This document shows, piece after piece, positions 12,961 to 26,263 of a stretch of 64,000 nucleotides of DNA. Under the pieces are notes generated by a model. That model searched no databases. It was not told the origin of the DNA and saw only the letters and a list, made by a program, of their open reading frames with translations. The translations under genes were made by a program, and so were the position numbers. Within the stretch, counting starts at the first letter, position 1. Every line of letters begins with the position of its first letter. Source of the DNA: Mobula hypostoma (lineage: Eukaryota); NCBI RefSeq assembly GCF_963921235.1, contig NC_086097.1, positions 41,976,001 to 42,040,000 of the forward strand, read 5' to 3'.

Positions 12961-14246
12961 CCGTCATTAACTTCCTGCACAAGCCTTTAGGAACCTAATG
13001 ACCCAGGAAAGACTGCAGCATTCTGAAGGAGCCTGTGCTCTGGTTACCAGAGAAGCAGAAGAAAGATTGGCCATGTGCCCCTTTATAACCCTTCATAAAT
13101 TGAGTTTGTCTAAAACTCTACTGTCCATACCTTAACTAATAACATCTCATTTGCTAAGAGCTAACAGCACTTTCCTGTTATTACGAAACTGTCATTCTGT
13201 ACATCTGTAATACCTTTCTTGATTTAAACTCTATGTTCATTGATGAGAATTATTTAAACAGACTGCCACCGGAGCCTTGTTTATTTTGTTACTATACCCA
13301 CTCATCCCCAATGGAGAATGCATGACTGGATCAGATCTCAATGGCAGTATCTCTTTTCAAAAGCTCACAAACACATTTACTGGTAGATGTCAGGCTGGCC
13401 AACACCAAGCAGCGATAAGCAAGTGAACTGGGACTTAAGTGCTTGCATGTCATATTCTCTCTGTGAAACACCTTGAAATGTTCAATCCTATCGAATAAAC
13501 TGGATAACTAAGCTGGTTTTGATCTTTTATACCACCAAGTATGAAGTCAGTGCAACATTATATTGTATAACTGTAATAAAACCCTAAATATTGGACTCGG
13601 AATTAAACTGTCCACTATTATGAAAGGACAGCTGTAAAAATGGGAAAGTTTTTAGAGCTGCTTGAAATGAATTTGTATTTTTCTTGTAAAATTTAAGCTT
13701 GGGACTTTGGTGTAAAGTTCAGCACTGCGTAGGAAGCAGCTCAGGCGCTACAATGTTTAAGAATACTTGACATCCTTGGAGCAAGTACTAATGCAAATGG
13801 GAAACAAATGCACTGTTTCTATTATTAGCCTGTCTATTGTATCACTGCTAATACACTGCACATGGCACACAATGAAATGAAGAAAGTCTTCAATCGAAGC
13901 TAAATGCATTCTAGTGCTCAATAGCCACATTCCTCTCTTACAAAATGCTGCAGATTCCTTCCAATCTGTCTGAAAGGGAATCCATTCCTTGAATATACGG
14001 ACTATGTATGACATTCACTAATGGATTTGTAACAGATTTCTTGGTAGTGCGCACAATGTTTTAATTTTCGACATTCCCATATCTTCCTTTCTTTTGATGG
14101 AGACAACAAAATACAAGACACAACCTCAATGTGTTAATGGTGGGGGTTTTAAAGGATTCAGCAATAGTAATGGTATTGATTATTAAAGAAAGCTGCACAG
14201 GCTCTTTTATTATTTATTGCCGAACTTCTATTATAATTGTCCCAAC

Positions 14247-15275
14247 CTTCTCTGGCCGGCTGGCTGCTAGCGACTAGTGGTGTTCCGCAGGGGTCTGTGT
14301 TGGGACCACTTCTTTTCACATTATTGTCAATAATTTGGATGACAGAATCGATGGCTTTGTGGCGAAATTGGCAGATGATACAAACACAAGTCAAAGGGCA
14401 GATAGTGTTAAGGAAACAGAGAGGTTACAGAAGGACTTGGACAGATTAGGAAAACGGGCAAAGAATTGGCAGATGGCATATAGTTCTGGGAAGTGTCTGG
14501 TCATGCACTTTGGTAGAAGGAATAAAGTCATAAACTATATTCTAAGCACAGAGAAAATTCAGAAATCAGAGTTGCAAAGGGGCTTGGGAGTCCTCATGCA
14601 GGATTCCTTAAAGGTTAACTTACAGGTTGAATCAGTGGGAAAGAAGGCAAATGCAATGTTCGCATTCATTTCAAGGATATATAGAATATAAAAGCAAGGA
14701 TGTAAATCTGAGGCTTTATAAGGCATTTTTCAGATCACAATGAGTATTTTTTGTCTCCTTATCCAAGAAATGATGTGCTGACATTGGAGAGGGTCCAGAG
14801 GAGTTTCACGAGAATTATCCTGCGTATGAAAGGGTTAATGTGTGAAGAGAGTTTGATGGCTCTGGGACTGTACTCGCTGGAGTTAAAAAAAAAATGAGGA
14901 GGGAATCTCATTGAAACCTTTTGAATATTGAAAGGCCTAGAAAGAGTGGATGTGGACAGATTATTTCCTATTGTAGAACCAGAAGGCACAGCCTCAGAAT
15001 AAAAGGGCATCTCGCTAGAATAGAGATAAAGGGGAATACCTCTAGCCAGGGGATGGTAAATCTGTGGAACTCATTGCCACAGAGGGCTGTAAAGACAAGG
15101 TTATTGGGTATATTTAAAGTGGAGCTTGACAGGTTCTTGATTAGTAAGGGCATCCAAGGTTATGGGGAGTAGGCAGGAGAATGGAATTGAGAGGGATAAT
15201 AAATCAGCTATGATGAAATGGTGGAACAGATTCGATAGGCCGAATGACCTAATTCTGCTCCTAGGTCTTATGGTC
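14247..15275 (+). mobile_element. 5'-truncated CR1 LINE
   Basis: TSGVPQGSVLGPLLF, AKLADDT and W..NWQM motifs; 3' end ggccgaatgacctaattctgctcct..cttatggtct. Confidence 0.92.
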
Positions 15276-16289
15276 TCTACCATTAACAAAACTCATAAGG
15301 AATGTAATTGCATATGATCGATCTGCCTAGACCAGGGGTTTCCAGCTTGGGGTCCACAGACCCCTTGGTCAATGGTTGTGGTCCATAACATAAAAAAGGT
15401 TGTGAACGTTGGCACAGACAGAAGAGTTAAATCAAAAATGGAAAATGTCAGAAATACATAATGAACTAGGCCATATCTGTCAAATGAGAAACTAAAACAA
15501 CATTCAGACTCATTCCGATGAAAGGTCTCCAATCAAAAATGTTTACTTTGATAAGGTGAGTATTTCAATTTTCAGCATCTGCAGTTTTCACAACAATGAA
15601 AAACCTCAACATCATCCTGATCAATGAAGTATACTTGATTGCCACTACCTCTACAGTCATTTAAGTATAACTAGAACTTTAAGACAATAAAACATTTAAA
15701 GCAAGCTCCTAACTGTATGTCAGACTTTACAATCTTCTCTTAATTTCTGTCTGGGCACAAAGAGGTTAAGATTTTGCCTTCCCCTCAAGGTCAATATTCT
15801 GGCAGAACAGAATGCTCGTTCTCTGGAAAATGACTTCAAAATGCACATGTTTGTGTACGAGTGTGTGTCATGTAATCATTTTGGCACTCTAAATGTTGTA
15901 ATATTTATTGCTAATTGTGTTGCACCCTGGTCTGTTTATTCATCTTAAAGGAAGTGTAAATGAAAAGCAACTGACTTGTGATGATTTTGCTGCTGAGCGA
16001 TTTAATTTCTCGCTTTTGTTCAAGAACCTTATTGTAAAGATGTATTTTTGATTAACATCTAAACCTGGTTTTTGATTTAGTGAATTCTTGTGACTTGAAG
16101 GAACATACAAGGTGAAGGCTTAACAGCAGCATATTTTGTGAAGTGAGATATTTTCACTTCACTATATATTTCTTTTCAGTACCATAAGAAAAATATATAA
16201 TGATGCAACTTACAAAGGGTATTTAATCTCTGCAGGGATTCTCCAATGGTGCACTGAACCTCATCCCCTGCAGCTCTAAATCATCTCCA

Positions 16290-16700
16290 GTGGGTGGTGA
16301 CAGACAGATGGATAGGATGCTGAAATAGGCACATGATATTTTTGCTTTCATTGATTAGAGCTCAGAATATAGGAGTTGGGACTTGATGCTGAAACTTTAC
16401 AAAACACCGATAACTCTGCACTTGATGTATTTTGCACAGTTTTGTCGCCACACTATACAAATGATGTGGTCATAATAGAAAGAGTGTAGAGAACTTAGAT
16501 TGACTCAAGTGAAGTTTACATGAATTGGAGGACTTTAGCTATGAGGAGAGCTTGAATAGCTGGGCTTGTTTTCCTGACTGAAGAAGGTGGTGGGGGGACC
16601 TGATAGAGGAATAGAAAGGGCACATTGTGAGAACCCTATTTTCCATGGTAGAGATATCAAATGCAAAAGCTTAATGTGTCTAGCCTAATGTGAGAGGAAA
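16290..16700 (+). mobile_element. Highly degraded CR1 RT fragment
   Basis: LYKT..HL.Y..QF-like remnants and ggggacctgatagagg. Confidence 0.55.
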
Positions 16701-16799
16701 AAGGCCAAAAATGGATTGCCTCATCCAGCAGTGAGTTCTGCATATCAATTATTCTGTTTGTAAAAATAAATGCTTTCTATATCTAGAACTCATTGAGAG

Positions 16800-17390
16800 G
16801 AAAACAGAACAGTACAGAAACAGGGGCTTCAGTCCACACTGTCTGCGCTGATCATGATGATAATCCAAGCCAATCCCATTTGCCTGCAAATAGTCCATTA
16901 TCCTTCCATTCCTTGTCCATTCTATTGTTATTTTATCTGCTTCCACTGTTTCTCCTGGCTGTACCTACCACTCTCTGCTACATAAACCCTTTTAAATTTC
17001 TTTCCTGTCACCTTAGAGATATCCCTTCTAGTATTTGACATTTCCACCCTCAGGTAAAAGACTCTGATGATTTATCTTATTTAACTATGTTTATCATCAT
17101 TTCACGTTGCTCCTCAGCCTCTGACACAACCCAAGTTTAGTCATAGTCATAGTCATACTTTATTGATCCCGGGGGAAATTGGTTTTCGTTACAGTTGCAC
17201 CATAAATAACTAAATAGTAATAAAACCATAAATAGTTAAATAGTAATATGTAAATTATGCCAGGAAATAAGTCCAGGACCAGCCTATTGGCTCAACTTCT
17301 CAGCTTGTCCAACTTCTTAGAGCTAATATATTCCCATCCAGGTAACATTCTGGTAAACATCTTCTACACCTTCTAAAACCTCACATCCTT
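16800..17390 (-). mobile_element. Degraded CR1 3' fragment interrupted by a LINE tail
   Basis: acagtacagaaacagg.. inverted tail and ccaggtaacattctggtaaac RT remnant. Confidence 0.5.
17138..17295 (-). mobile_element. Rex/L2-like LINE 3' tail
   Basis: (tagtca)3 followed by tactttattgatcccgggggaaatt, the reverse complement of the 2863-2906 tail. Confidence 0.75.
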
Positions 17391-17391
17391 C

Positions 17392-18032
17392 ATATACTGG
17401 GGTTGAGAGGGTAAACAGCTTTAAGTTCTTCGGCATCCACTTCACCGAGGACCTCATGTGGTCTGTACACACCAGCCGTGTGGTGAAAAAGGCACAACAG
17501 TGCCTCTTTCACCTCTGACGATTGGGGAAGTTTAGTATGGGCCCCCAAATACAAAGAACTTTCTACGGGGGCAAAAATGAGAGCATCCTGACTGGCTGCA
17601 TCACTGCCTGGCATGGGAACTGTACCTCCCTTAATCGCAGAGAGTGGTGTGGACAACCCAGCGCATATGTAGTTGTGAGCTTCCCATGATTCAGGACATT
17701 TACAAGGACAGGTGTGTAAAATGGGCCCAAGGGTCATTGGGGACCCGAGTCACCCCAACCATAATCTATTCCAGCTGCTACCATCCGGGAAACAGGACCA
17801 CAGCATAAAAAGCTAGGACCAACAGGCTCCAGGACAGCTTCTTCCACCAGGCCATCAGACTGATTAACTCACGCTGATTTGAGTGTATTCTATGTTACAT
17901 TGACTGTTCTATTTATTATAAATTATTAAAAGTTACTTTGATTGCACATTGCACATTTAGACGGAGACATAATGTAAAGATTTTTACTTATGTATGTGAA
18001 GGATGTAAGAAATAAAGTCAATTCAATTCAAT
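17392..18032 (+). mobile_element. Rex1/Babar-like LINE 3' fragment
   Basis: VERVNSFKFFGIH.TEDL.W, KKAQQ.LFHL and SILTGCITAW motifs; AATAAA plus (caatt)n tail at 18010-18032. Confidence 0.88.
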
Positions 18033-18867
18033 ACTGAAGTGAGCAGAACTATACACAATACTCCAAAATATGGCTTCCCCATTTGTGTGTAATTGTTCTA
18101 TGTTACATAAAGAGCCCTTTTCTGTGCTCTGTGCTATGTGCTATGCTCAAGAGGGCTGAAATAGCACTTCACACCACTTTTCATCCATTTTTACCCAACA
18201 GCCCTTAAAGCTCCTGCTGCAGGTTGGACCAACCACCATGGAATGTTAATTTTCTAATCACAATATTTACAGCCAAGGACTGAAGAAAGGGAAGTAAGGC
18301 AGAGACTGAGAAAAAGTCTGATGCTCTAATAGGTGATGAGCAAGAGTATTAATAGAGAGATTGTCAGTAACAGGGAATACAATGAGAAGTGTACAATATT
18401 TCTTGGCTTATTCTTCCCCTAATAATAAATGTTGTGTTTGACAGAATATATTTATTGATTTAATATCAGAGCCTTTGACAGTTTAGTGCACTGACTATTA
18501 ATAGATGGTATAATCAGTTAGACCAAATTCTTTCCTGCAAACCTCCTTCTCATTTTGTCAATGTGTGGTTGTCATACTGATCAGATAAGAGTGCAGGCAA
18601 TTCCTCTGGCTTGAACAAAATGATCAAAATCAAATCAGTCTACCTAAAACGACTGAGTGCTTTCAATAACACTGTCAGAAGTCAGAGATGAAAACATCTC
18701 TCTTTCCTGATACATAAAATACAGAGAACACAGGCTACAATTTTAGCAGGCTCTGGGAACAGGGAAGTTGCTTTAAAAGTCAGGTGATGATTCCTCGTGG
18801 GTCTAGAGATGGATAAGAACTCCAGCAACTTCACTGGGAAAGTTTGAGGGCACACCTTGCGCAAGTT

Positions 18868-19370
18868 TTTTATATTCAGTCTGGGTAGCCTCCAACCTAA
18901 TGGCATGAGCATTGATTTCTCCAACTTCCGTTAATGCCCCTCTTCTCCTTCTTACCCCATCCTTTATTTATTTGTTTATTATTTTCCCTTTTTTTTCTTC
19001 TCTCTCTTTTTTCTCTCTCTGTCCCTCTCACAATAACTCCTTGCCTGCTCTCCATCTTCCTCTGGTGCTTCCCTCCCCATTTCTTTCTCCCCAGGCCTCC
19101 CGTCCCATGATCCTCTCTCTTCTCCGGCCTTGTATCCCTTTTGCCAATCAACTTTCCAGCTCTTAGCTTCATTCCTCCCCTTCTTGTTTTCTCCTATCAT
19201 TTCGGATCTCCCCCTCCACCTCCCACTTTCAAATCTCTTACTATAGAAGGGTCTCGGCCCGAAATGTCGACTGTACTTCTTCCGATAGATGCTGCCTGGC
19301 CTGCTGCGTTCCACCATCATTTTGTGTGTGTTGCTTGAATTTCCAGCATCTGCAGATTTCCTCGTGTTCA
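18868..19370 (+). mobile_element. Penelope-like 3' end and pLTR
   Basis: IFSLGSLQPNGM, pyrimidine-rich UTR and tail. The 5' half of the hammerhead is deleted (only agggtctcggcccgaaatgtcgact remains). Confidence 0.88.
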
Positions 19371-19439
19371 AGTTTTTAAATGTGAGTTCCTAATGAAATC
19401 TGCAACCCCCCCCCCCACCACTACTAGTTCCCTTCCCAC

Positions 19440-19850
19440 ACCTCTCCCTGGACGAGGAGGTGCCGGAAGCGGTCTGGGAGAGAACAAAGTGATGGCGGGC
19501 GTGTTGGAATCTGTGCTGGGTTGGGAACTGGATCCTGCAGGCCGGCTCTCCCAGCAGGTGTGTACTCTGGTGTTTGCACCACGGAAGGCAAGCTGGACCC
19601 AGCGCGAGATGAGAAACTGCTGTGTACTTGCTCTACCAAGAACCTAGCTCCAGTACAACAGCCCATGTGTGATCAATCTTCAGGCCATGCCACTCAGGGA
19701 CATGTGCTAATATTATTTTTGTGACTGTATGTGCCATGTGCTGTGTGTGACTGTATGTAGCATGCTGCATCTTGGCCCCAGATGAATGCTGTTTCAATTA
19801 ATCGCATACATATATAGGTTGAATGGCAATTAAACCTGAACTTGAACCAT
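19440..19850 (+). mobile_element. Internally deleted non-autonomous Rex/L2-like element
   Basis: Endonuclease N-terminal remnant QREMRNCCVL joined directly to a 3' UTR ending aattaaac(ctgaac/ttgaac). Related inverted copy at 21635-22070. Confidence 0.55.
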
Positions 19851-20197
19851 TCCTGACAGCCAGGAACATCTCCTGCTTCCTTTCTGAATGGTCATTCCCC
19901 ATCCAATAGCAATCTGCTGGCAATTTTAACAGAACAAAGAAGAGCGGGAAGACTGAAGGCAGAGCTGAGGGATGTCAGTGCCAAGAAAGAGGGACGAAGA
20001 GGACTGGGAACTGGAGGCTTTGGATAGAGCGTCTGGAGTGGAGTGATATAGGGAAAGGGTTGGAAGAAGGAAAGGGGTTAGGATGGCAATCGGGAGATGC
20101 AAGACTGGTATCAGGATGCTAGTGAGAAATAAATGAGAAGAACAGGTTAACAATTACTGTATATAGCTCCTGGAAATTAGTATGATTTATTTATATG

Positions 20198-20892
20198 TGT
20201 AAGGGGTTTCTTTTTTTTGTCACTGTGTAGTCTAAGTAAAATGGCTTCTTTGTTATGTTATAATTGAAAGGGCTTCTTTGTTATGTTAACCGCTGAGAAA
20301 GTCCTCCCGCTAGCAGTTTGTTTGGATCACGTTACTGATAAGAAGGTGTTACAAACCAATTGGGATAGTTGTTATGCTTTTGGTGTGTCTGTAAGATATT
20401 GTATGCGCGGGGTTTTGGGGTGAATGCGGGAAAGAGAGACAGAGGATGGACCAGGTTCTGTGAGTCCGCTAATGGGGTCGGATCCCGAGCAGGGTGTTCA
20501 GCGGGGAGAGAAGACGGAGACAGACTCGTGTAGAGCATCTGGTCGACCACCATTGTTGGTCCTAGGCGGCAGGTCGAGGTGGTCCGGGGGGTCGCAGGGT
20601 GAAGAAGGAGGGTCTTGAGCTCCAACTGTTTGTGCACGAAGAGATTGAACTTTGATAAGTGTGGTGCCTTTTATTTTCCTTTTATATTTTATCTCTATTA
20701 ATTATATAGTTCCAATAATATCTATAAACTATAAATCATTTAATCATATCTGGTGTATTGTCTGTTATTTGGGTGGGGTGGGGTACATCACACAGCATCC
20801 ACACAAACTATTACCCAGTTTGGTGGGGCCGAGAGCTGTTTCCCTAGACGACAGCGAGCTGAGCGACCCTGAGGCTGGCCAGGGGGGCTACA
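20198..20892 (+). mobile_element. Solo LTR
   Basis: TGTA...TACA termini with perfect 4-bp TSD tatg at 20194-20197 and 20893-20896; no internal coding region. Strand tentative. Confidence 0.88.
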
Positions 20893-21634
20893 TATGGAAA
20901 TATGTTAATAAGTCCCAGAGGACTCTGTCTGTGTTCTGTGATTGGAGAAGACTGTTGCTAAATTCAGGATATCAAGGTCTATGTTCTATAGACTAGTGTT
21001 AAACCCAATATGTCCACCCATTATATTCTTTGTTTTCAGTAACCTGCCTCCTCTTATTTCTCCCATCACCCACTGCCCAGATTTGGCCTGCAGCTGCCAA
21101 TGCATTTTACACCTTATTTAAAAATACTGTTGTAATTTTGGTGTTTTATTCTGTTGCTCCCTTTATACTGTCAAACTCTCTTTTAATTCCTCCTGCATGT
21201 GATTATCTTATCCCATCAATCATGCAGTCACCGCCAAGCATCTGAATCTATGCAAATAAGCTGCTCCTCAGGATTCGGAGTCTATTAGTGCATCACCATT
21301 TTGGCAGGGCTTGTGCTATTTAGAATTCATGCTTGCAGCCAAGAATCTGGGCCAACTCTTCTATAATTGTGTCGAAGACCTCCTGAACCATAAGCTTCCC
21401 TTATTTGAATCTGCTGCATCAAAAGATAAATGAAGGGATGATACACCTTGAAGGCTTTTATAAGGTAAACCTCAGCATGGTCCACAATGCTGGTGAATAG
21501 AATCATCAGAGGATTTATTCCGAAGCCTCTTCAGTACTTCCAAAGATTGTGTGATGCACTGAAGAAAGCAGGTGCTTTTTCTAACTAGCTCTTGGCAGCA
21601 CTACAGATGCAGACACTGTTTGGTGAGGCTCCAG

Positions 21635-22070
21635 CTAAATGAAACAGCGTTTCTCTGGGGCCAAGGAACATAGTAGCTACAGTCACACACAGCACACATA
21701 CTTACAATAGCACATACAGACACAAAAATAATATTAGCGCAAGTTCCTGAGTGGCACAGCCTTATGATTGATGGTGCACGGGATATTGTCCTGGAGCCAC
21801 ATTTCCGCAAGAACAAGTACACAGCAGTTCCTCATCTCATGCTGGTTCAGCAGATGAGGGTAAAACAGCTGGTCTCGTGCTGGGTCAGCGGCAGGCAATC
21901 CAGCTTGTCTTCCAGGGAGCGAACACTGCAGGGCAGCAGCAACAGGAGAGGTCTGCCCCTATCCCAGAGTGGAGTCCAGCATGCTCGCCGTGACTCTATG
22001 CCCTCCCCCACCACCTCCGACGCCTTCTCCCCTTGGTGGCTGTAACAGGCGACTCCGCACAGTGATGACC
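21635..22070 (-). mobile_element. Internally deleted non-autonomous Rex/L2-like element
   Basis: Minus strand reads SVRSLEDKLD..QHEMRNCCVLVLAEMWLQDNIP, then the same 3' UTR as 19680-19800. Confidence 0.6.
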
Positions 22071-22144
22071 TGGTCAGGACAACAACCAAGGCCACGCTGT
22101 TCCCCTGCTGTCACTCTCGCCAATGAACCGGACTTCCAGCATTT

Positions 22145-22525
22145 TACAAACACAAGCAGATGTGAAGATGCTGGAAGTCCAAAGCAACCCATACAAAATG
22201 CTGGAGGAACTCAGCAGGCCAGGCAGCATCTATGGAATAGAGTAAACAGTCGAGGTTTAGAAGGTTAGGGGCTGAGACTTTTCATCAGGACTGGGACTGC
22301 AGTATTTTATACTACCAATGTCCAATGGTGTCTTGCAATTGCAAGAAAAACATTTAAAACACACATTTGCTTCCATTTGTTGGACCCAAAGAGGCCACCA
22401 CAACTAAGTCCACCACCATCTTACCAGAAACACCAGGCTATTTATTCCTCTCTATAGCTGCTGCCTGACCTGCTGAGTTCCTCCAGCATCTTGCATGTGT
22501 CGCTCTGAATTTCCACCATCTCCTG
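22145..22525. mobile_element. Inverted pair of Penelope pLTR tails
   Basis: Minus copy at 22145-22295 (decayed hammerhead, ttcatcaggact) and plus copy at 22436-22525. Confidence 0.75.
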
Positions 22526-23326
22526 CATTTACAGAGAGGGATGACCAATCACAGGGCGTCAAGCAATGATGGGAACAGAAACATAACTGCAGCCATCAGA
22601 GCACCATGGTGCTAATTTACAGCTGGAATAAGTTTTGCTTTTTCATACAAGTTTAAGAGCATTAGCACTTTGGATGACAACCTCTTAAAAGTTTCCCTAA
22701 GGTTCAGTAGTTGGTCCCAATGTAATTACTTTCTCCAAAGTCAACTGGCTCAGCACTGATTGCATTCCAGAAAGAGCAATGAGATGAAGAGCATCAAATG
22801 AGCATTAGACTCCCTTACATGCACACACAAAGGGTTGTTCCTTCAGAGAATGTTTCACCAAGTATTTATTTGTCTTTCAAATGAATGGGTTTGCATTGTG
22901 TTAATGAATCCTAGAGATACAATTTAAAAGATGTGACTCAAATCTCCGATGCCAACTCTTCGAAAGTGAAATCTAATCACACTAATTCCCTGTTCTTTGC
23001 TTATGGCTCCATACATTGCTGTGCTCCAAATATAAATCGAATTTTTCTTTTCAAACATTAAATGTTCTTAATCACCGAAACAGAGAATGTATTCCAGATC
23101 ATCAATAAGTCATTTGTCCTTAACTAAGTTCTTTCCACCAACTATTTGAGGATGTAATTATCAGTCAATTTGTTCCATCAATGAAATGTCCTCTTATTCT
23201 TCTGAGAACAAAAAGCAGCTTTTCCAGTTTCCACATAAATCTTCATTATATTAAATCTCTTCTGTAAACTGTTTGTTCCCAAACATCACTGAAAAGTGTT
23301 TAGAACTCAGCTGTATTCTCCGCCTA

Positions 23327-23814
23327 GAGTGTATGATTGTGGTCATTTGCTGCTGTAGTTCATCCACTTCAAGATTCAACATGCTGTGTATTCAGAGATG
23401 CTCTCCCGCACACCACTGTTGTGAAGTATGGTTATTTGAATTACTGTCACCTTCCTGTTAGCTTAAAACAGTTGGGTCATTTTCCTCTGACCTCTATCAT
23501 TAACAAGGTGTTTTTTGCCCACAGAACTGCTGCTTCCTGGATGTTTTTCGTACTATTCTCTGTAAACTCTAGAGACTGCATGAAATGCCCAGGTGATCAG
23601 CAGCTTCTGAAATACTCAAACCAGCCCATCTAGCACCAACAATCACTCCACAGCCAAAGTCACTTAAATCATATTTTCCCCTATTCTGATGTTTGGACAG
23701 AACAACAACTGAACCTCTTGACCATATCTGATGGCCTTTCTGTATTGAGTTTCTGCCACATGATTGGCTGATTAGATATTTGTATTAACAGGTGTACAAG
23801 TATACCCGAGTGTA
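23327..23814. mobile_element. Tc1/mariner-like non-autonomous DNA transposon remnant
   Basis: Resembles the fish/amphibian Tc1 MITE body (ctgccacatgattggctgattagatatttg..caggtgtac..gagtgta); terminal repeats decayed. Confidence 0.6.
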
Positions 23815-25659
23815 CACATACCTTCCAAGAACTAAGAACTGCACAAACCCATACTTATATCAATCAGTGCAAGTCTATCTACAAGAAAAATACCAAATGA
23901 AGCCAGGTTTCAACTCCACTATTCTGACACTATTCTTCCCATAGTCAACAGAGCTTGTATGAGGAACATTTCCTGTGATCAGTCCTTAATTTGCCTTTTA
24001 CAGAAGTCTTTAACTTCATGTCTTTCTGAACAATCTAAAGTCATTTTCTGCATTTACCTTTGCTGTGTCTTTGACCATCTGAAACATCATCTCTTAGATG
24101 TTCCCTTTCAATACTGGAAAGCTGATGTAAAATGGAACTTTAATAAACCAGCAACAGCCGTCTGATTTTTCTTTGATGTCCACTTTGTCTAAAGAACAAG
24201 AGTTCTTAGAAAGACAAAAAAAAATGATTGCTGAAAGCAAATTATCGAAATGTAAATGTCAACTTGAAATTTCAAATTGCCATATGTGCAAACCAACAGG
24301 ATTGCTTCATTAGGGAAGGGAAAAAAGAATGTGTTTTATGGCATACCATGACCCTTCACAAAAAAAGGGAATGTTTCATATTTTTTATTTAATAGTTTTA
24401 TGATTTCATAAAAGTACATTTTGTATTGTCCTCCAGAGGGACATTGCAACCAATTTGCTCATATCTAAATCCTATAAATAGCATGAGAGTAAAATCACTA
24501 AATAATGTTGGAATTAGTTTGCAATTGAGGAATTAAAATTGGCCATCAGGTAATTAGATTTCTTTTGCTCTACCTTTAATGTTACTGTAAAATTTATTGT
24601 AGATTATATCTGTCAACTTAGCAGAACACATGTCCACCTACACTAGAAGACAACACATTAGACCAAAATGGAAGATACAGTTTTTTCAATAAGTAGGGTG
24701 TATGTTTTATGTCTCTCTGGTCTGTCATGTAGTTGCAATGGTATAAAATGGACAGCAGAGACCCATTGTAAGCTTCCAGTTAAAAAGAATTCCCCTGAAA
24801 GCTTTCGGCAAACAGAATGGATGAAGTTTTCCAACAATCACTACCACATTTATCATCTTAATATATGCATGGCAGATATATGACCCTTGTAGATCATCAT
24901 ATTGGATTTATAGAGCCAGTGCAAATGGAGAGGAAATAACAGCAAAGTCTAAGTTCCTGGCATCCTTCCATTCCAGCAACAGTTGATCATATTTTTGTCT
25001 TCCCAAAGAATAGGCTATGCAACCCTCCGAACTACTCTGTCTAATCCATTCCTTCACTTCCTATCCATTCCAGATATGCTTTCATCTCGGTGTCCATAAA
25101 TCTATTGTTCTCAACTTAGAGTTTGTTCAGTTACAAAGCAGAAACACCCCTCTAAGATAGTTAATTCTTGTAATTACCTATCTCATGGGTGACTACGTTG
25201 TCCTCAATTCGGCCCTAAGCACTGTACCACTGTCTTGAGATGGTGTACCTTAATTCTAGATATCCCTAATCACTCAATAAAATCAGGAACTCGTGTGCAT
25301 CATTGTGACCACCACTTAAACTTCCACATTCCAATGAGTAGGAATCCTTTTCAATCTCTTGTCGAGAGCATCTTGTGGTGAGTTCATGATGCGTTGGACT
25401 CAAATCTGCCTTGGATTGAGCTATATTGGCAAATCCGATGGCTTATAAAGTTACACTTCAAGTGCGTCATATTGTGGAGCAAACGTAATTGTCTGAAAAC
25501 TTTTAAAAATTTGTGATTTATGCTGGACTATGTCTGCTGTGTCGCAGGTCAGAAGGTTGTAAAAGAACCTATCTGATCAATATTAACATTTCCGATCGTT
25601 TTAATGGATGCCCTGTAGAGACAATGCTCCAGAACAGTATCAATAATTTTCTTTGGGGT

Positions 25660-26263
25660 GTGGTGTTCGTCCATCGTCGATGTCGATGAGGACCTCGACA
25701 CCATTATGATTATCCAAATCATATGCTGGTCTTGACACCATTATGATGGTGTCGAGACCAGCGTATGATTTGGATTTAAGTGAGGGAGAGTCGTGCAGCG
25801 TCAGCCTCACTCTCTCTTCCCAATTTCCATCTGGATCCAGTGGCAAGACAGAGTCAAAACGGCTGGAGATGGGACTAGGCGCAGCAGAGGACCAGGATGT
25901 CTTCTGTGTCTTGTCCTGTTCCACACGTTCCATGACGCTTTCAGAGACTGCCTTCTTGACCGTTGGACCTTCCATTGGTCTCGCCCGCTCAATCCGCCGG
26001 AGTCTGTCTTCACATGCTGGGATAGACAACTCCCTATCTCACCGAGCGTTTGAGACCCATCGGTTACCCTCACCTGGTTTAGCCGGCTTGTCGAAGCCGT
26101 TGCCCGGGGTGTGGCCGCTGTGACATGCAAACAGCTATGGGGAGCCACAGGTGAGAGCTGAGTGCCAAGTGGGGACCAAAGGTGGACTAACTGCCTTGAA
26201 AAGGACGTGAGATGTTCCCCCACCAGAGCTGCTACCCCTCCCTGACACCCCATACACCCCTTT
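25660..26263 (-). mobile_element. Bipartite non-autonomous RTE-derived retroposon (about 600 bp)
   Basis: Minus strand has an RTE-type 5' UTR (cacctttggtcccc..ctctcacctgtggctcc..gctaaaccaggtgagggtaaccga) fused to an RTE-type 3' end (ccctcacttaaatccaa..ggacgaacaccac). Candidate TSD tttggggt at 25652-25659 and 26264-26271. No RT motifs. Confidence 0.65.
25712..25775. repeat. 64-bp palindrome (30-bp arms, 4-nt loop)
   Basis: atccaaatcatatgctggtcttgacaccat-tatg-atggtgtcgagaccagcgtatgatttggat; 2 mismatches, both at CpG sites. Confidence 0.92.
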
